A DNA stretch of 64,000 nucleotides from a virus, in the IMG/VR virus record IMGVR_UViG_3300035661_000011, positions 32,001-96,000 of that record; one strand, 5' to 3'. Below, piece after piece: positions 1 through 10,138 of the stretch. A model generated the notes under the pieces. It was given only the letters and a program-made list of their open reading frames with translations, had not been told where the DNA came from and did not search any database. The position numbers were made by a program, and so were the translations under genes. Every line of letters begins with the position of its first letter. Positions within the stretch are counted from its first letter, which is position 1.

Positions 1-712
1 AATCTGTGGATGTACAACTAGTAGTAAGTCAGCGTTGACATCAGTCAAAGAATTGTTTGCACACTTATTACCGGACCAATTGGTGTTTGGTACTAATAGT
101 AAACATCAGCCGTATCTAACTGCGTTATTGGAGGGCTTTTATCGTGCAGCACAGAAGTTAAATTCTATAAACAAAATCTTAGGTAAATATACTGAGGTTC
201 CACAGATTAACATAACGTGGCACGATGACATTTCCGAACTACAAACGTTGTATAAGCAGGGGTTACCGCAGTCATTAGCTGGCAATTTAGGTGATGTAAT
301 AAGTACCACTAAACCACAACCTAAGTCTGTAGAGAAGGAAGAGTATCAACTTCCGACTGCACCAGTTTTACTACAAGAAAGAGTTTCAAAAGAACCACCA
401 CCGTGGGACAGTGATAAGGAAGTTACAACTGTTATTTCGGAAGCACCTAGTTTAAACACAAGTCCATTTGGGTTAACATTCTCTAAAACAGAAACCCCAT
501 TAACTTCACGTCAACCTAACCAAAATTATCGTCAAGAAGTTCGGCATAGTGACCGCGTAGAACCTAGACGACCATTACCAAACTTTAACAACTTAAATTT
601 ATCAACCAATCAAAGTTCACGTACAACCATTCAACCTGGTTCTAACTATGGAGCACCACCGCCATTTGTGTTAGGTGGCGGAACACTTCCGTTAGGTAGA
701 CGTAGAGGGTAA
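1..712 (+). CDS. 3' part of a gene truncated by the window edge; by synteny the phiKZ gp69-like nuclear import factor (PicA/Imp1) candidate
   Basis: Frame is open from position 2 (ICGCTTSSKSALTSVK...). Long P/S/T/Q-rich C-terminal tail. Precedes the opposite-strand gp70-like gene and the nvRNAP beta gene. Identity rests on synteny only. Confidence 0.45.
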   Translation, partial: ICGCTTSSKSALTSVKELFAHLLPDQLVFGTNSKHQPYLTALLEGFYRAAQKLNSINKILGKYTEVPQINITWHDDISELQTLYKQGLPQSLAGNLGDVISTTKPQPKSVEKEEYQLPTAPVLLQERVSKEPPPWDSDKEVTTVISEAPSLNTSPFGLTFSKTETPLTSRQPNQNYRQEVRHSDRVEPRRPLPNFNNLNLSTNQSSRTTIQPGSNYGAPPPFVLGGGTLPLGRRRG

Positions 713-717
713 CACTC

Positions 718-751
718 AGTCGGGTAGGTGACAATTGTCACCTACCCGACT
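718..751. terminator. 34-bp perfect palindrome between convergent genes (putative bidirectional terminator)
   Basis: AGTCGGGTAGGTGACAA|TTGTCACCTACCCGACT. Confidence 0.75.
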
Positions 752-756
752 TACAG

Positions 757-1128
757 TTATATGGTTGTGGAGTTTAAATATCTCCGTAACAGTTGTTCAA
801 TTTCACTTCTACTAGGTAGTGTAACATAACCAAGTGTACCAGTGTAATCCAGTGGTGAATTTAAATGGTTAACACGCATAACTACCCAGAGTATATCTTG
901 AGCAATACCAAATTCGTTATATAGTAGATTGTAAAAATCACCACAGTAACTATGTTCTTTTTTTGGGTCAATTGGTAACCGTTTTGTACTAGGTAATATT
1001 CTTAAAAGATTAAGGTGGTTTTCTATTAAATTCCTAAACCCAACACTGTACATATTAGTGTCCCCAGGGTGTATTTGTAAATCGCTAACGGATAAAGTTA
1101 GTAGTTTATTTGGTACGATGATGTTCAT
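757..1128 (-). CDS. phiKZ gp70-like protein with LysM/baseplate-wedge-like motif
   Basis: DFYNLLYNEFG...LWVVMRVNHLNSPLDY...LPS pattern. Start at MNIIVP (1128) preferred over 1194. Confidence 0.6.
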   Translation of the reverse strand: MNIIVPNKLLTLSVSDLQIHPGDTNMYSVGFRNLIENHLNLLRILPSTKRLPIDPKKEHSYCGDFYNLLYNEFGIAQDILWVVMRVNHLNSPLDYTGTLGYVTLPSRSEIEQLLRRYLNSTTI

Positions 1129-1150
1129 TATTAACACTCGTTTTAAAGGT

Positions 1151-1165
1151 AAACATATATTATCT
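1151..1165 (+). promoter_or_regulatory. Phage promoter motif AAACATATATTATCT
   Basis: Exact 15-mer recurring upstream of + strand genes at 16801, 41454, 47655, 48341 and 59316. Resembles the phiKZ early TATATTAC element. Confidence 0.7.
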
Positions 1166-1212
1166 AAATGATACACACAGGTGTATCTAAACATTTTTAA
1201 CTGAGGTAGAAA

Positions 1213-3360
1213 ATGAGTAAAGTTCTTGTAGAAGAAGATGTAGAAAGCGCAGAGGTGGAAACCCTAATCCGTGAATTCTTTGAGGTTAAAAATTCATTAG
1301 TTGGATTAATCTCTTTAATTAACCCATTTGCAATATACAATAGTAGCCCACGTTTAGCTATGTTGCATAATCATATTCGACAGGCTCCACCTGTTTTAAA
1401 ACCAGACATACCATTGATATTAAATGGTAATGAAACCCAACTAGTAGCGTACGATATACGTATGCCTGAGGACGGAGTTATCGTATCGATACATAGGAAG
1501 TATCGTAAGACTTTTGATTCATCTAGTGTTAAAAACAACCCACTGATAACAGTTGTGTATCAAAACTTTCATACGAATGAATACGATTGTGTACATATAC
1601 ACGAGTTTAATACAAATCACAAAACCTATGGTGCTAGATACATACTGCAACCTATTGTCGCAACATTGCATGAGGGTATGAGTATAAAGAAAGGTACTCT
1701 CTTTGCAAGAAGTCCATCGAAGTTAGAGGGGGATATTTACTCAACTAGTGTAACGTGTAATGTATTAGCGGTTGGTAGCCCAGATACAATTGAAGATGGT
1801 TTTTGTGCATCTGATAGTTTCTGTGAGAGAGCTGGGTTGTTAGAGTTAAAATCTATTACTCGGTCGTGGGGTAAGTTTAAATATTTGTTAAATACACATT
1901 CTAAAGACCCAAAGGTATTTAAGGGGCTATTGGACATCGGTGACACAGTTGGAACAGATGGTATCCTAATGGCGTTTCGAACCAAGAACGCGTTATTTGA
2001 TGCCTTAGATGTCACGAATGAAGCGTTGATGGAAATAGATCACGACCACGACACAAAAGTGCACTGCGAACCAGGGTTTATTGTTTACGATATTACTATT
2101 GAAAGTGGTAATGGCGAAACAACAAGTAAACCAACAACACCTAAAAACATAGCCGAACAGTCTGAAAAGTACATTGGCGGCCTGAGTGCATATTACACTA
2201 GCCTATTAGAGTCCCATGATAAATTATCTAAAGACCCCCAAGGTCGTATTATCAAGAACGTAGTATTCTCCCCAAGGTTAACACAGTTATTAACTCGTGC
2301 AATTGCAGACAAACCAAACGCCCCAGCTAATAAAGTTGCCGCAGGTGGTAGAGTCCGTAGAGCTAGAAAGAAAGAAAAACTTGATGAGTATACAGTTACC
2401 ATTAAACTGTATAAACCAAAACCATTAGGCATGGGTGCAAAGTTAACAGACCTTTCAGGTGGAAAAGGTGTTATATGTAACATACGCCCCCGTAGTGAAA
2501 TGCCTAGGGATGAAGCTGGAAACATAGCTGATTTACTGTATTATTACAGAGCTGGTGTTGCTAGATTAAATAGTGGTGGTTTAGTTGAGGGTTATATAGG
2601 AGCTAGTATCCGCGATATATCTTTTGAAATAAAAGATATGTATAACGGGGTTCCAATAACAGGGGAATGGAATGGTAAACATCAGGTTGCTTGGGATAGA
2701 ATAGTTTCATTCTACGAACAATCTTCTCCAATGTCGTACGGGTGGTCACAGTCTCCAGAGTTAACAAACGTAGACCGAATGTATCACCTAAACACAATCA
2801 TCGAAACTACCGCTAGAATAATGTTTCCATTGGATAACCCTAAAAATGGAATTGGTATTATTGATGACATAGGTGGTGTAATAGAACCTACATTTGGAAC
2901 CATTTACTTTACTGATTTCTTAGGTAGAGAAGTGCCACTTAAAATGAAAGGGATGATACAAGTAAAACAGATTATAATCTTGGAGAAAACAAAGTTAGAC
3001 CCTATGGCTGTGAGTGGTGCTATACGGCAGATTCACGGTTTACCATCTGGTGCAAATAAAAACACTAGGGATTCTAGAGCATATAAAGTTCATGCACTTA
3101 GAAACCTTTCTGAAACTGAAGTCAGATTCTTAGCTGCTGTATGGGGTGGGGAGTTGGTAGCGCAATATATCGCGTTGACAAATGACCCCGAGGCACATAA
3201 GCGACTAGTTAAAGAAATATTAGAGTCGGAAAACCCTATGAAGCTAAGAGACGTTCCATCTGATATTGAAATGTCAAGGGCTGTAAAGTTAGTAAAAGAC
3301 GTTCTACTTAATTACGGAGTAGAAATTGTTTCTGGTAAATTACACAATGGAGATCGATAA
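1213..3360 (+). CDS. Non-virion RNA polymerase beta subunit, C-terminal part (phiKZ gp71-73-like), intron-free
   Basis: SSPRLAM..H..QA, TIEDGF, GAKLTDLSGGKGVI (GDK..RHG.KG equivalent), RLNSG, RNLSETE motifs of RpoB. Confidence 0.92.
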   Translation: MSKVLVEEDVESAEVETLIREFFEVKNSLVGLISLINPFAIYNSSPRLAMLHNHIRQAPPVLKPDIPLILNGNETQLVAYDIRMPEDGVIVSIHRKYRKTFDSSSVKNNPLITVVYQNFHTNEYDCVHIHEFNTNHKTYGARYILQPIVATLHEGMSIKKGTLFARSPSKLEGDIYSTSVTCNVLAVGSPDTIEDGFCASDSFCERAGLLELKSITRSWGKFKYLLNTHSKDPKVFKGLLDIGDTVGTDGILMAFRTKNALFDALDVTNEALMEIDHDHDTKVHCEPGFIVYDITIESGNGETTSKPTTPKNIAEQSEKYIGGLSAYYTSLLESHDKLSKDPQGRIIKNVVFSPRLTQLLTRAIADKPNAPANKVAAGGRVRRARKKEKLDEYTVTIKLYKPKPLGMGAKLTDLSGGKGVICNIRPRSEMPRDEAGNIADLLYYYRAGVARLNSGGLVEGYIGASIRDISFEIKDMYNGVPITGEWNGKHQVAWDRIVSFYEQSSPMSYGWSQSPELTNVDRMYHLNTIIETTARIMFPLDNPKNGIGIIDDIGGVIEPTFGTIYFTDFLGREVPLKMKGMIQVKQIIILEKTKLDPMAVSGAIRQIHGLPSGANKNTRDSRAYKVHALRNLSETEVRFLAAVWGGELVAQYIALTNDPEAHKRLVKEILESENPMKLRDVPSDIEMSRAVKLVKDVLLNYGVEIVSGKLHNGDR

Positions 3361-5387
3361 TGGAACATGAAGTGTTAGACGCTAGTACGTTAGTGTATAG
3401 GTTTTCACAAATAGACATTTGGAGTTTACCAAGTGATTGGTATAATGTCCAGTTTCAGGATAAGTTATGTTTGATGCACAAGAATCAACTAATCGGTTCA
3501 TGGTATTATTGGGAGTTGTTTAGACACTTCCCTGAAATACCAATTAAAAGTGAATCTGCTGTTACAGAGTTTTATACTGGGGGTACACATTTACGAACTC
3601 TAGGGTTTATACATTGGGATATATTCTTTACTTTATTGGAAACACACAGCGTTAGTGTTTGGGAAATCTCAGGTGTTGCCTGTGAGGTGTCAAACTCAAT
3701 ATTCAATGTGACATGCGTTGAGTTTGTCGAGTATATGCCACTTGGTTCGATTCACGATATAGTCGGTATATTAAAACACCCTCGTGTTGTGGAAGCTAAG
3801 AAGCAGTATAAGAAAGCAGCCACCGAATCAAGATACGATGAACACATTACATCTAAAGCAATGGTAGCGTTGGATAACGTATTACGTGATGTTTTATATC
3901 GTAGTCCGGAGTTGTTGCCTGATAATGCAATTAAACGGTTAGCTACATTAGGTTTATGTAATGAAAACCAACTTTTACAGTTAGTTGGTATGCGTGGGTA
4001 TGTTAAAGACGTAGACGATGGAGTATTTCCATTTCCTGTTGAGACAGCTTATGCTGAGGGGTTTCGGGACTTATATGAAATTGCTTGTGAAAGTAGAGAT
4101 GCAGCTAATGCAAAACGTATGCAAGAAGCACCTTTACAACTATCTGAGTATTTCAATAGAAAAAATCAGCTGAACGCCTGTGTGGTTACAGAAGTAACTG
4201 ATAGAGTCCAATACGCACCACTAACGGCAGGTGGATGTACTGGGTTCATAACAGTTCCAAGTTTAATAACAGAAACAGATGTATCTTCTGTTATTGGAAA
4301 ATTTCATATGGTTGACGATAAACCAGAATTACTTTGGTATGACAATGTGCAACAATATGTAGGGAAGATAGTACAGTTCCGATCTATGACTGGTTGTGGC
4401 TCAGTAAATCCACAACACGTTTGTCACATTTGTTTAGGGTGGAGTTCTTTAATCCAACCACCGGGTGTAAATGTTGGGTACAAGATTGCCTCAGAGTCTG
4501 GTAAGATTATGACTAGTCGTATTCTTGGAACTAAACACTCCACAAAGTCTTCAACTAGTACGAAGATGGTATTGGATAAAGTGTCTGATAGATGGTTACA
4601 GGTTAAACACAATGTCCCCGGTGTAATATTTATGAGACCAGAACACACCAAAACCGTTGTACAACTACGCATACCATTAAAATATGCAAAGTTACTTAAT
4701 CAAATACAACATATCAATGTGTTAGAGTTATCCCCAACTACCATTACAAAAATCCCACAAATGCAAATTGCGATAGTGGATAGTGATGGAAATGTATTGG
4801 GTAACTACGACACTTTAAAGTTACAGATTGGTGGTGTTGGTGTGTCACTTACAACTGACGTTTTACATTACATTAAAGAACATGGGTATCGCATTAATAA
4901 ATCTTTTATTGAGATAGACCTAGATAAATGGAAAATAAAAAGTCCTTTGTTTATCACTCCTAATAAGGGTAAAAATGTGATGACTTTGTTTAACGATATT
5001 AAAGCTTATTTGGAGGGTAGTAGTACGGCTAAAGATAAGGCTAGAGTTTCTAATTGTAGAACTAGAGCTGAAGCTATAAATGAATTAGTTGAGATTATGA
5101 AAGATGGTATGGGTGGTGATGGTGAATTTAATCTAGTGCACATTGAGGTGTTAATTAAAGGGCTGATGGTGATAGACAATGACAACCCTAAAGATTTTAG
5201 TATGCCAATGCCACACGATAACATACGTTTTGATAGTACACTTAATGTGATTTCAGGACGCTCACTCGGAGGTATGTTAGCTATGCAGAAGCAGTTTGAA
5301 CATATTCATAACTTACAATTCCTTAAACCTAACCAAACAATACACCATATGATGAGTCCTCTCATCGGAGGTATACGCAACCATTAA
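3360..5387 (+). CDS. Non-virion RNA polymerase beta' subunit, C-terminal part (phiKZ gp74-like)
   Basis: QLVGMRG, bridge-helix-like SEYFNRKNQL, Zn site FRSMTGC..VCHICLG, trigger-loop-like ILGTKH. Translationally coupled to the beta gene. Confidence 0.9.
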   Translation: MEHEVLDASTLVYRFSQIDIWSLPSDWYNVQFQDKLCLMHKNQLIGSWYYWELFRHFPEIPIKSESAVTEFYTGGTHLRTLGFIHWDIFFTLLETHSVSVWEISGVACEVSNSIFNVTCVEFVEYMPLGSIHDIVGILKHPRVVEAKKQYKKAATESRYDEHITSKAMVALDNVLRDVLYRSPELLPDNAIKRLATLGLCNENQLLQLVGMRGYVKDVDDGVFPFPVETAYAEGFRDLYEIACESRDAANAKRMQEAPLQLSEYFNRKNQLNACVVTEVTDRVQYAPLTAGGCTGFITVPSLITETDVSSVIGKFHMVDDKPELLWYDNVQQYVGKIVQFRSMTGCGSVNPQHVCHICLGWSSLIQPPGVNVGYKIASESGKIMTSRILGTKHSTKSSTSTKMVLDKVSDRWLQVKHNVPGVIFMRPEHTKTVVQLRIPLKYAKLLNQIQHINVLELSPTTITKIPQMQIAIVDSDGNVLGNYDTLKLQIGGVGVSLTTDVLHYIKEHGYRINKSFIEIDLDKWKIKSPLFITPNKGKNVMTLFNDIKAYLEGSSTAKDKARVSNCRTRAEAINELVEIMKDGMGGDGEFNLVHIEVLIKGLMVIDNDNPKDFSMPMPHDNIRFDSTLNVISGRSLGGMLAMQKQFEHIHNLQFLKPNQTIHHMMSPLIGGIRNH

Positions 5388-5396
5388 AAGGCGACA

Positions 5397-5428
5397 ACAG
5401 ATGACCTGTAACGTTACAGGTCATCTGT
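5397..5428. terminator. 32-bp perfect palindrome
   Basis: ACAGATGACCTGTAAC|GTTACAGGTCATCTGT. Confidence 0.65.
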
Positions 5429-5445
5429 GTTATAAGGTGAAACAC

Positions 5446-8031
5446 ATGCGTTTTAAATTAATAATGCGGAACCACGGGTTTACCGTAACGGCATTTAGTA
5501 ACATTGACATAGCGACACTAGAGGATTTTAATATGAAATACACATCAACAAAAACAGCGTACAATCCACACTCAAAACAAACGTATGTAGTCCCTGACAA
5601 ATGTTACGTCATAGAGATGTTTACACCTGGTACATTTGGGTATCATAGTAATTTATATGACCAATTGATGTCATATTTAATAAAAGGGACTGTTACTTTA
5701 GACGACTTTGAGATAGAGCAAAATGTTAGCTACATACCAGCGAAATCCAGATTGGACTTTAAAGTAGACGAGTTTCCTTTGCGTGGACAACAACCGTTAG
5801 TGGTTAATCACATATGTAGCAGTGATGGGATTCTTTTGAGGACCGCTGTAATACCGGCTCAGACAGGTATGGGCAAGTGTCAACCGTTATATAGTTTAAT
5901 AAAAACCCCCACTGGTTGGGAAATGATGGGAGATATACAAATTGGAGATAGTGTAACAGCAAAAGATGGAACTGTAACGGAAGTAACAGGTGTGTACCCA
6001 CAAGGTATAAAAGATGTTTATGAGATAACATTTGCCGATGGTAGAAGCACTAAATGTGGGGCTGAGCATTTGTGGAAAGTGTTTTATATAGACACAACAG
6101 TTGCTCGCAGATGGCAAGTCGTTAACACACTTGAAGTAATTAGGTTAATATCTATGCCTAACCCAAGGGTGTATATAGACTTAATCGATTCAGAGGATTG
6201 CGTAGATATACATTTACCTATGGAACCTTATATACTTGGGTGTTTTTTATGCGATGGACACAGTGGTAAAAACTATTCGAATATAACTACACCGGATGAG
6301 TTTATAGTTGAAGAGATATCACGACTGTTACCGCCAGAACTTAAGTTAGTTCGAGATAACCAAACTGACAGGTACCCATCATATAAGTTTAGCTCAGCTA
6401 AAGCAAACGATACCTCGAATGACTTTAATAAAGCATTAAAAACATTTGGTTTATATAGACATCTAAGTTTTATGAAGTTTATACCAAAGGTTTATTTACG
6501 TGCATCCAGAGAACAACGTTTAGCTATACTACAAGGGCTATTAGATACTGATGGAACTGTAACTTCACATGGTACTGTGTCATATAGCACAACTAGTGAA
6601 CAGTTAGCAAAAGATGTACAGTATTTAGTTAGATCCTTAGGTGGCATAGCGTCCATAAAAAGTCGTTATACAAACTACACATATTTAAACGTTATAAAAC
6701 AAGGGAGAAACAGTTACAATGTAAATATCAGACATAAAGAACAAAGTATGTTATTTAGGTTACCAAGAAAAAAAATACTAATGAATGATAATAATCAATA
6801 TGCTAAAACATTAAAGTTAAGGGTTAAGTGTGTAAAGTTTGTTGGTAGAGAAGAAACTCAGTGCATTTCAATAAGTCATCCAGACCACCTATATGTAACT
6901 GATGATTTTATAGTTACACATAACACAGCAAGTTCACTATATTCGGTGTATTTACTTAAAGTTAGAGTGTCGTTAAGTATGTCTAAGGGGTATATGCAAT
7001 CTTGGATTGATGACTTAGCTAAGTTTTTTCATAATGACACTAGTCAGTATTTAGTGGTTGATAGTGGTACTAAGTTTCGCAAAATAATTGAAGACGCAAA
7101 AAATGACAAATTACAAAATCTCAATATAATTATTTTTTCCTTAGATATTCTACGTGCCTATTTTAAAGAGTTTGAATTGACAGGTGAAAGTAGTTATGGG
7201 TGTTTACCGGAAAACCTATACCAGCTATTGGGCGTAGGTATACGAATTTCAGACGAAGCCCATGAGGATATACACTTCCAATTTAGACACGATATACACA
7301 CTCATGTAAACAAGTCTGTATATCTGTCAGCCACAATTGAATCATTAGACCCTTTTACAAACTTATTATATTCGATACTGTACCCTAAAAACTCTAGGTT
7401 ACTCGGGTTGATATGGGAAAAATACATTATCGGTGTATCGCTTGGGTATTCTTTACGTGAACCAAGAAGAGCTCAGTACACCGGAGCAAAGGGGTATTCT
7501 CACACTAGGTTTGAGAAGTGGATAATGAGTAATCGAACTGTAAGAGAAAATTATTTTAGAATGATTCTTTTCTTTATGGAAAGAGGTTTTGTTAGAAATT
7601 ATAACGTGGGCCACAAGTTGCTAGTTTATATGGCGACTATAAAAATGTGTGATAAGTTTACTGAATATGTTAGGAAGAATATTACAAATAAAACTTTGCG
7701 TATATCATCCTTTACAGGAACTGATGAAGCATTAGTTTTAACAGAAAACGATATACTGATTTCCACACCTATAAAAAGTGGTACTGGTAGAAATATATTG
7801 GGGTTGGTAGCAGTCGTATCAACCGTGGCTATTCAGTCAATACAAACCGTCACACAGATGTCTGGAAGAATTAGACAAATCGATAAGTTGTTTCCTGGTG
7901 TTGAACCAACATTTTACGATTTAGTGTGTACATCTATCCCAAAACACATGTCGTATTACCAGACAAAACAAGAACTATTTAAACGACAATTCTTACGACA
8001 GTCCACACATAACACCAATTTTGAAATATAA
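5446..8031 (+). CDS. SF2 (UvsW-like) DNA helicase, phiKZ gp75-like, containing an intein
   Basis: Walker A AQTGMGK/T, DEAH, LSAT, QMSGRIR. ATG 5446 has an AAGGTG RBS, while ATG 5401 lies in the palindrome. Confidence 0.9.
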   Translation: MRFKLIMRNHGFTVTAFSNIDIATLEDFNMKYTSTKTAYNPHSKQTYVVPDKCYVIEMFTPGTFGYHSNLYDQLMSYLIKGTVTLDDFEIEQNVSYIPAKSRLDFKVDEFPLRGQQPLVVNHICSSDGILLRTAVIPAQTGMGKCQPLYSLIKTPTGWEMMGDIQIGDSVTAKDGTVTEVTGVYPQGIKDVYEITFADGRSTKCGAEHLWKVFYIDTTVARRWQVVNTLEVIRLISMPNPRVYIDLIDSEDCVDIHLPMEPYILGCFLCDGHSGKNYSNITTPDEFIVEEISRLLPPELKLVRDNQTDRYPSYKFSSAKANDTSNDFNKALKTFGLYRHLSFMKFIPKVYLRASREQRLAILQGLLDTDGTVTSHGTVSYSTTSEQLAKDVQYLVRSLGGIASIKSRYTNYTYLNVIKQGRNSYNVNIRHKEQSMLFRLPRKKILMNDNNQYAKTLKLRVKCVKFVGREETQCISISHPDHLYVTDDFIVTHNTASSLYSVYLLKVRVSLSMSKGYMQSWIDDLAKFFHNDTSQYLVVDSGTKFRKIIEDAKNDKLQNLNIIIFSLDILRAYFKEFELTGESSYGCLPENLYQLLGVGIRISDEAHEDIHFQFRHDIHTHVNKSVYLSATIESLDPFTNLLYSILYPKNSRLLGLIWEKYIIGVSLGYSLREPRRAQYTGAKGYSHTRFEKWIMSNRTVRENYFRMILFFMERGFVRNYNVGHKLLVYMATIKMCDKFTEYVRKNITNKTLRISSFTGTDEALVLTENDILISTPIKSGTGRNILGLVAVVSTVAIQSIQTVTQMSGRIRQIDKLFPGVEPTFYDLVCTSIPKHMSYYQTKQELFKRQFLRQSTHNTNFEI
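5878..6924 (+). mobile_element. Intein (349 aa) with LAGLIDADG homing endonuclease
   Basis: Starts CQPLYSLIKTPTGW, block B KCGAEHLW, LAGLIDADG blocks YILGCFLCDG and ILQGLLDTDG, ends FIVTHN followed by Thr(+1). Confidence 0.95.
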
Positions 8032-8041
8032 CGGTATAGCA

Positions 8042-8069
8042 GAGTGCATTTCCAGTTGGAAATGCACTC
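8042..8069. terminator. 28-bp near-perfect palindrome after the helicase
   Basis: GAGTGCATTTCCA-GT-TGGAAATGCACTC. Confidence 0.65.
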
Positions 8070-8072
8070 ATG

Positions 8073-8084
8073 CATATATTATCT
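8073..8084 (+). promoter_or_regulatory. Promoter motif CATATATTATCT driving the paralog array
   Basis: Core of the recurring motif, just upstream of a GGAGG RBS and ATG 8101. Confidence 0.6.
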
Positions 8085-8100
8085 CTCTGGAGGAACTACA

Positions 8101-8499
8101 ATGAATGACGAAATACTTGAAATTATATTACCGTTCACGATTCATACGACTAACAAATATCAAACGCGTGAAGTACTAGAGGAGTTGTTTCCTGGAGTAC
8201 TAATTAAAATATACACAGGTAATGCTTCTGAAATAACAAACTGTATACTTGGTAGAACTGTGCGTGTGGTGGATAGTAAAACATTTGAAGTTGATAGCGA
8301 AATGGATTCTCAACTTACAGGAGTTGTAAATTTTCTTGAATGTGAACTGTTACCCTATGGGTTAGATCCAAATGTAAGTAAAGTTTTAGAAACATATGTA
8401 CCGTTTAGAGCAAAGTTTTTAAATAGCACAGGGGTAGCAGTAAAATGCCAGAAACGACGAGACGAAAACACAAGACTGCTACCTTTACTACTGGGGTGA
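8101..8499 (+). CDS. Hypothetical protein, paralog array member 1 (most diverged)
   Basis: GGAGG RBS, LEIILP N-terminal strand, C-terminal STGVAVKC strand. Confidence 0.7.
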   Translation: MNDEILEIILPFTIHTTNKYQTREVLEELFPGVLIKIYTGNASEITNCILGRTVRVVDSKTFEVDSEMDSQLTGVVNFLECELLPYGLDPNVSKVLETYVPFRAKFLNSTGVAVKCQKRRDENTRLLPLLLG

Positions 8500-8867
8500 A
8501 TATAGATGTGGGTAGTTTAGAGGAGGTGTCTGTTATATCCGAGTTGACAGCTGAGTGTATAGAGGGGGCGCATAGAGATTTAATATTTTCGATATTCACA
8601 TCTATAATAAACCGTTTAAAATGTAAGAAACATATGACGTTGGATGAACTTAGTTATATGGCTCAGATAGCTACATTTGATTTCGGATACGATTATGTAA
8701 TACATTTAGACGACCTAAAGACTTTTGAGTTTATAGATACACATAGTCTACTTTTATATTACACTGCGGTTGTGGTTGTAGACTGCATACATTTGGATCA
8801 GGAGTTACTCGGGTATAGGTTATTTGGGAACAACGTTGAGTTTGTTTTTGGTATTCCTCCAAAGTGA
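8445..8867 (+). CDS. Hypothetical protein, paralog array member 2
   Basis: MTLDEL motif and C-terminal GNNVEFVF. Start uncertain (GTG near 8496 possible). Confidence 0.7.
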   Translation: MPETTRRKHKTATFTTGVNIDVGSLEEVSVISELTAECIEGAHRDLIFSIFTSIINRLKCKKHMTLDELSYMAQIATFDFGYDYVIHLDDLKTFEFIDTHSLLLYYTAVVVVDCIHLDQELLGYRLFGNNVEFVFGIPPK

Positions 8868-8874
8868 GGTATTT

Positions 8875-9252
8875 GTGAATATAATAGAATCTAAGATAGT
8901 TCAACCAGAAATGTTTGAACTAGTTTTACCTATTCGTCTAAGTGATTTTTCAACCAGTCGATTAATTGTAGATATAGCTATTTTTAAAGCATTTGCAAAT
9001 AACATTACTTTAGATGAACTGTATCTGGATTTAATTTCATATAGTTTATATAAATGTAATCGGGCAGTGGACAGCGTAGAGTATACTCGTAACTGTACAC
9101 GTGCTAAGTTTCAGTATACTGTTTACAAAATGTATTTATTTGGTAGAGATGGTATAACTGACATTTGCAACAAAACACTCTGGTCTATTGATGAGTGTCC
9201 CGGTGGAATGCAATTAAATTTAATAAATGAGGTCTCTTATGGACGTAGATAA
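8875..9252 (+). CDS. Hypothetical protein, paralog array member 3
   Basis: GAGGT RBS before GTG 8875. FELVLP, NNITLDEL, GGMQLNLI. Confidence 0.72.
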   Translation: MNIIESKIVQPEMFELVLPIRLSDFSTSRLIVDIAIFKAFANNITLDELYLDLISYSLYKCNRAVDSVEYTRNCTRAKFQYTVYKMYLFGRDGITDICNKTLWSIDECPGGMQLNLINEVSYGRR

Positions 9253-9625
9253 AAACTGGACAGATGTAGATGGCATTATGGATTTCACATTACTATATCC
9301 AATTGCTATATACACCTTACCAGTAGACTACACATTGTTTACAAATAGTGAACTTACATCAACAGTTTTTATGTCAGTGTATTATAACCACACTTTAGAT
9401 ACCTTACTTGAAGAACTTAAACTAGTGTTTAACATTGATCTACATAAGTCTTCCGATAACAGGATTTACAGAAATATATGTTCGTTAGCCGAACGTTTAT
9501 TTAATGTATTCAGAACGTGTTTATGTAATGAACTCGCGTTCATGCGAGAATACGAAATGACTAAAATCGTGACATTAGAAAAATGTATGGGTGGTGTGAC
9601 AATTAGCTTTACAATAGAGTGGTAA
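9239..9625 (+). CDS. Hypothetical protein, paralog array member 4
   Basis: GAGGT RBS. VFMSVYYNHTLDTL and GGVTISFTIE. Confidence 0.75.
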   Translation: MDVDKNWTDVDGIMDFTLLYPIAIYTLPVDYTLFTNSELTSTVFMSVYYNHTLDTLLEELKLVFNIDLHKSSDNRIYRNICSLAERLFNVFRTCLCNELAFMREYEMTKIVTLEKCMGGVTISFTIEW

Positions 9626-9628
9626 CAC

Positions 9629-10138
9629 ATGGGTACAATAAAGCAACAAATCTTAAACAAAAAGGAAGAACTCGGATTATTACACGATGGGTTTTTTTAC
9701 GATGACAAATTCGACTCTAGGTCTGTAATACGTAGTGAAATGAAACGAATGAATAAAAAATTAGATACGTTATTCAACTTGTCATGTGGAGTTGTTTTAA
9801 CTGTACCAAACAACATAGGTTCGTTCATTAGAGAAGACGTTAACCAAGAAGTATTTCGTGTCTTGTTTTATAACGACGATGTGGATAGTTTAGAGGTTAT
9901 AATAAATGATAGTTACTTTGTTGGATATAGTGCAGACGATTTATTAAACTGCAATGCTGTAAATGAATTACAGACTTATGCGAGAAATATGTATAGTGCG
10001 TTGATGTTTTATCTAGACTCACATTTATCGTATTTACGTGAAAACAATTATGATACAATCGTTTACATTGGAAAAGTATACGGTGGTACAAGAATGTGGT
10101 TTACCACAATTGAAGAGTATGAGAGGTGTTGTAAATGA
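9629..10138 (+). CDS. Hypothetical protein, paralog array member 5
   Basis: VFRVLFYNDDVDSL and GGTRMWFTTIE, clearly alignable to member 4. Confidence 0.78.
   Translation: MGTIKQQILNKKEELGLLHDGFFYDDKFDSRSVIRSEMKRMNKKLDTLFNLSCGVVLTVPNNIGSFIREDVNQEVFRVLFYNDDVDSLEVIINDSYFVGYSADDLLNCNAVNELQTYARNMYSALMFYLDSHLSYLRENNYDTIVYIGKVYGGTRMWFTTIEEYERCCK

Noticed and set aside
1213-3360. Expected intron/HNH in the nvRNAP beta gene, as in phiKZ gp71-73
   Set aside because: The ORF is continuous and I saw no group I core motifs.
5401-5445. ORF-track starts at 5401, 8044 and 59354
   Set aside because: They fall inside palindromes. Downstream starts (5446, 8101, 59390) have SD sequences.
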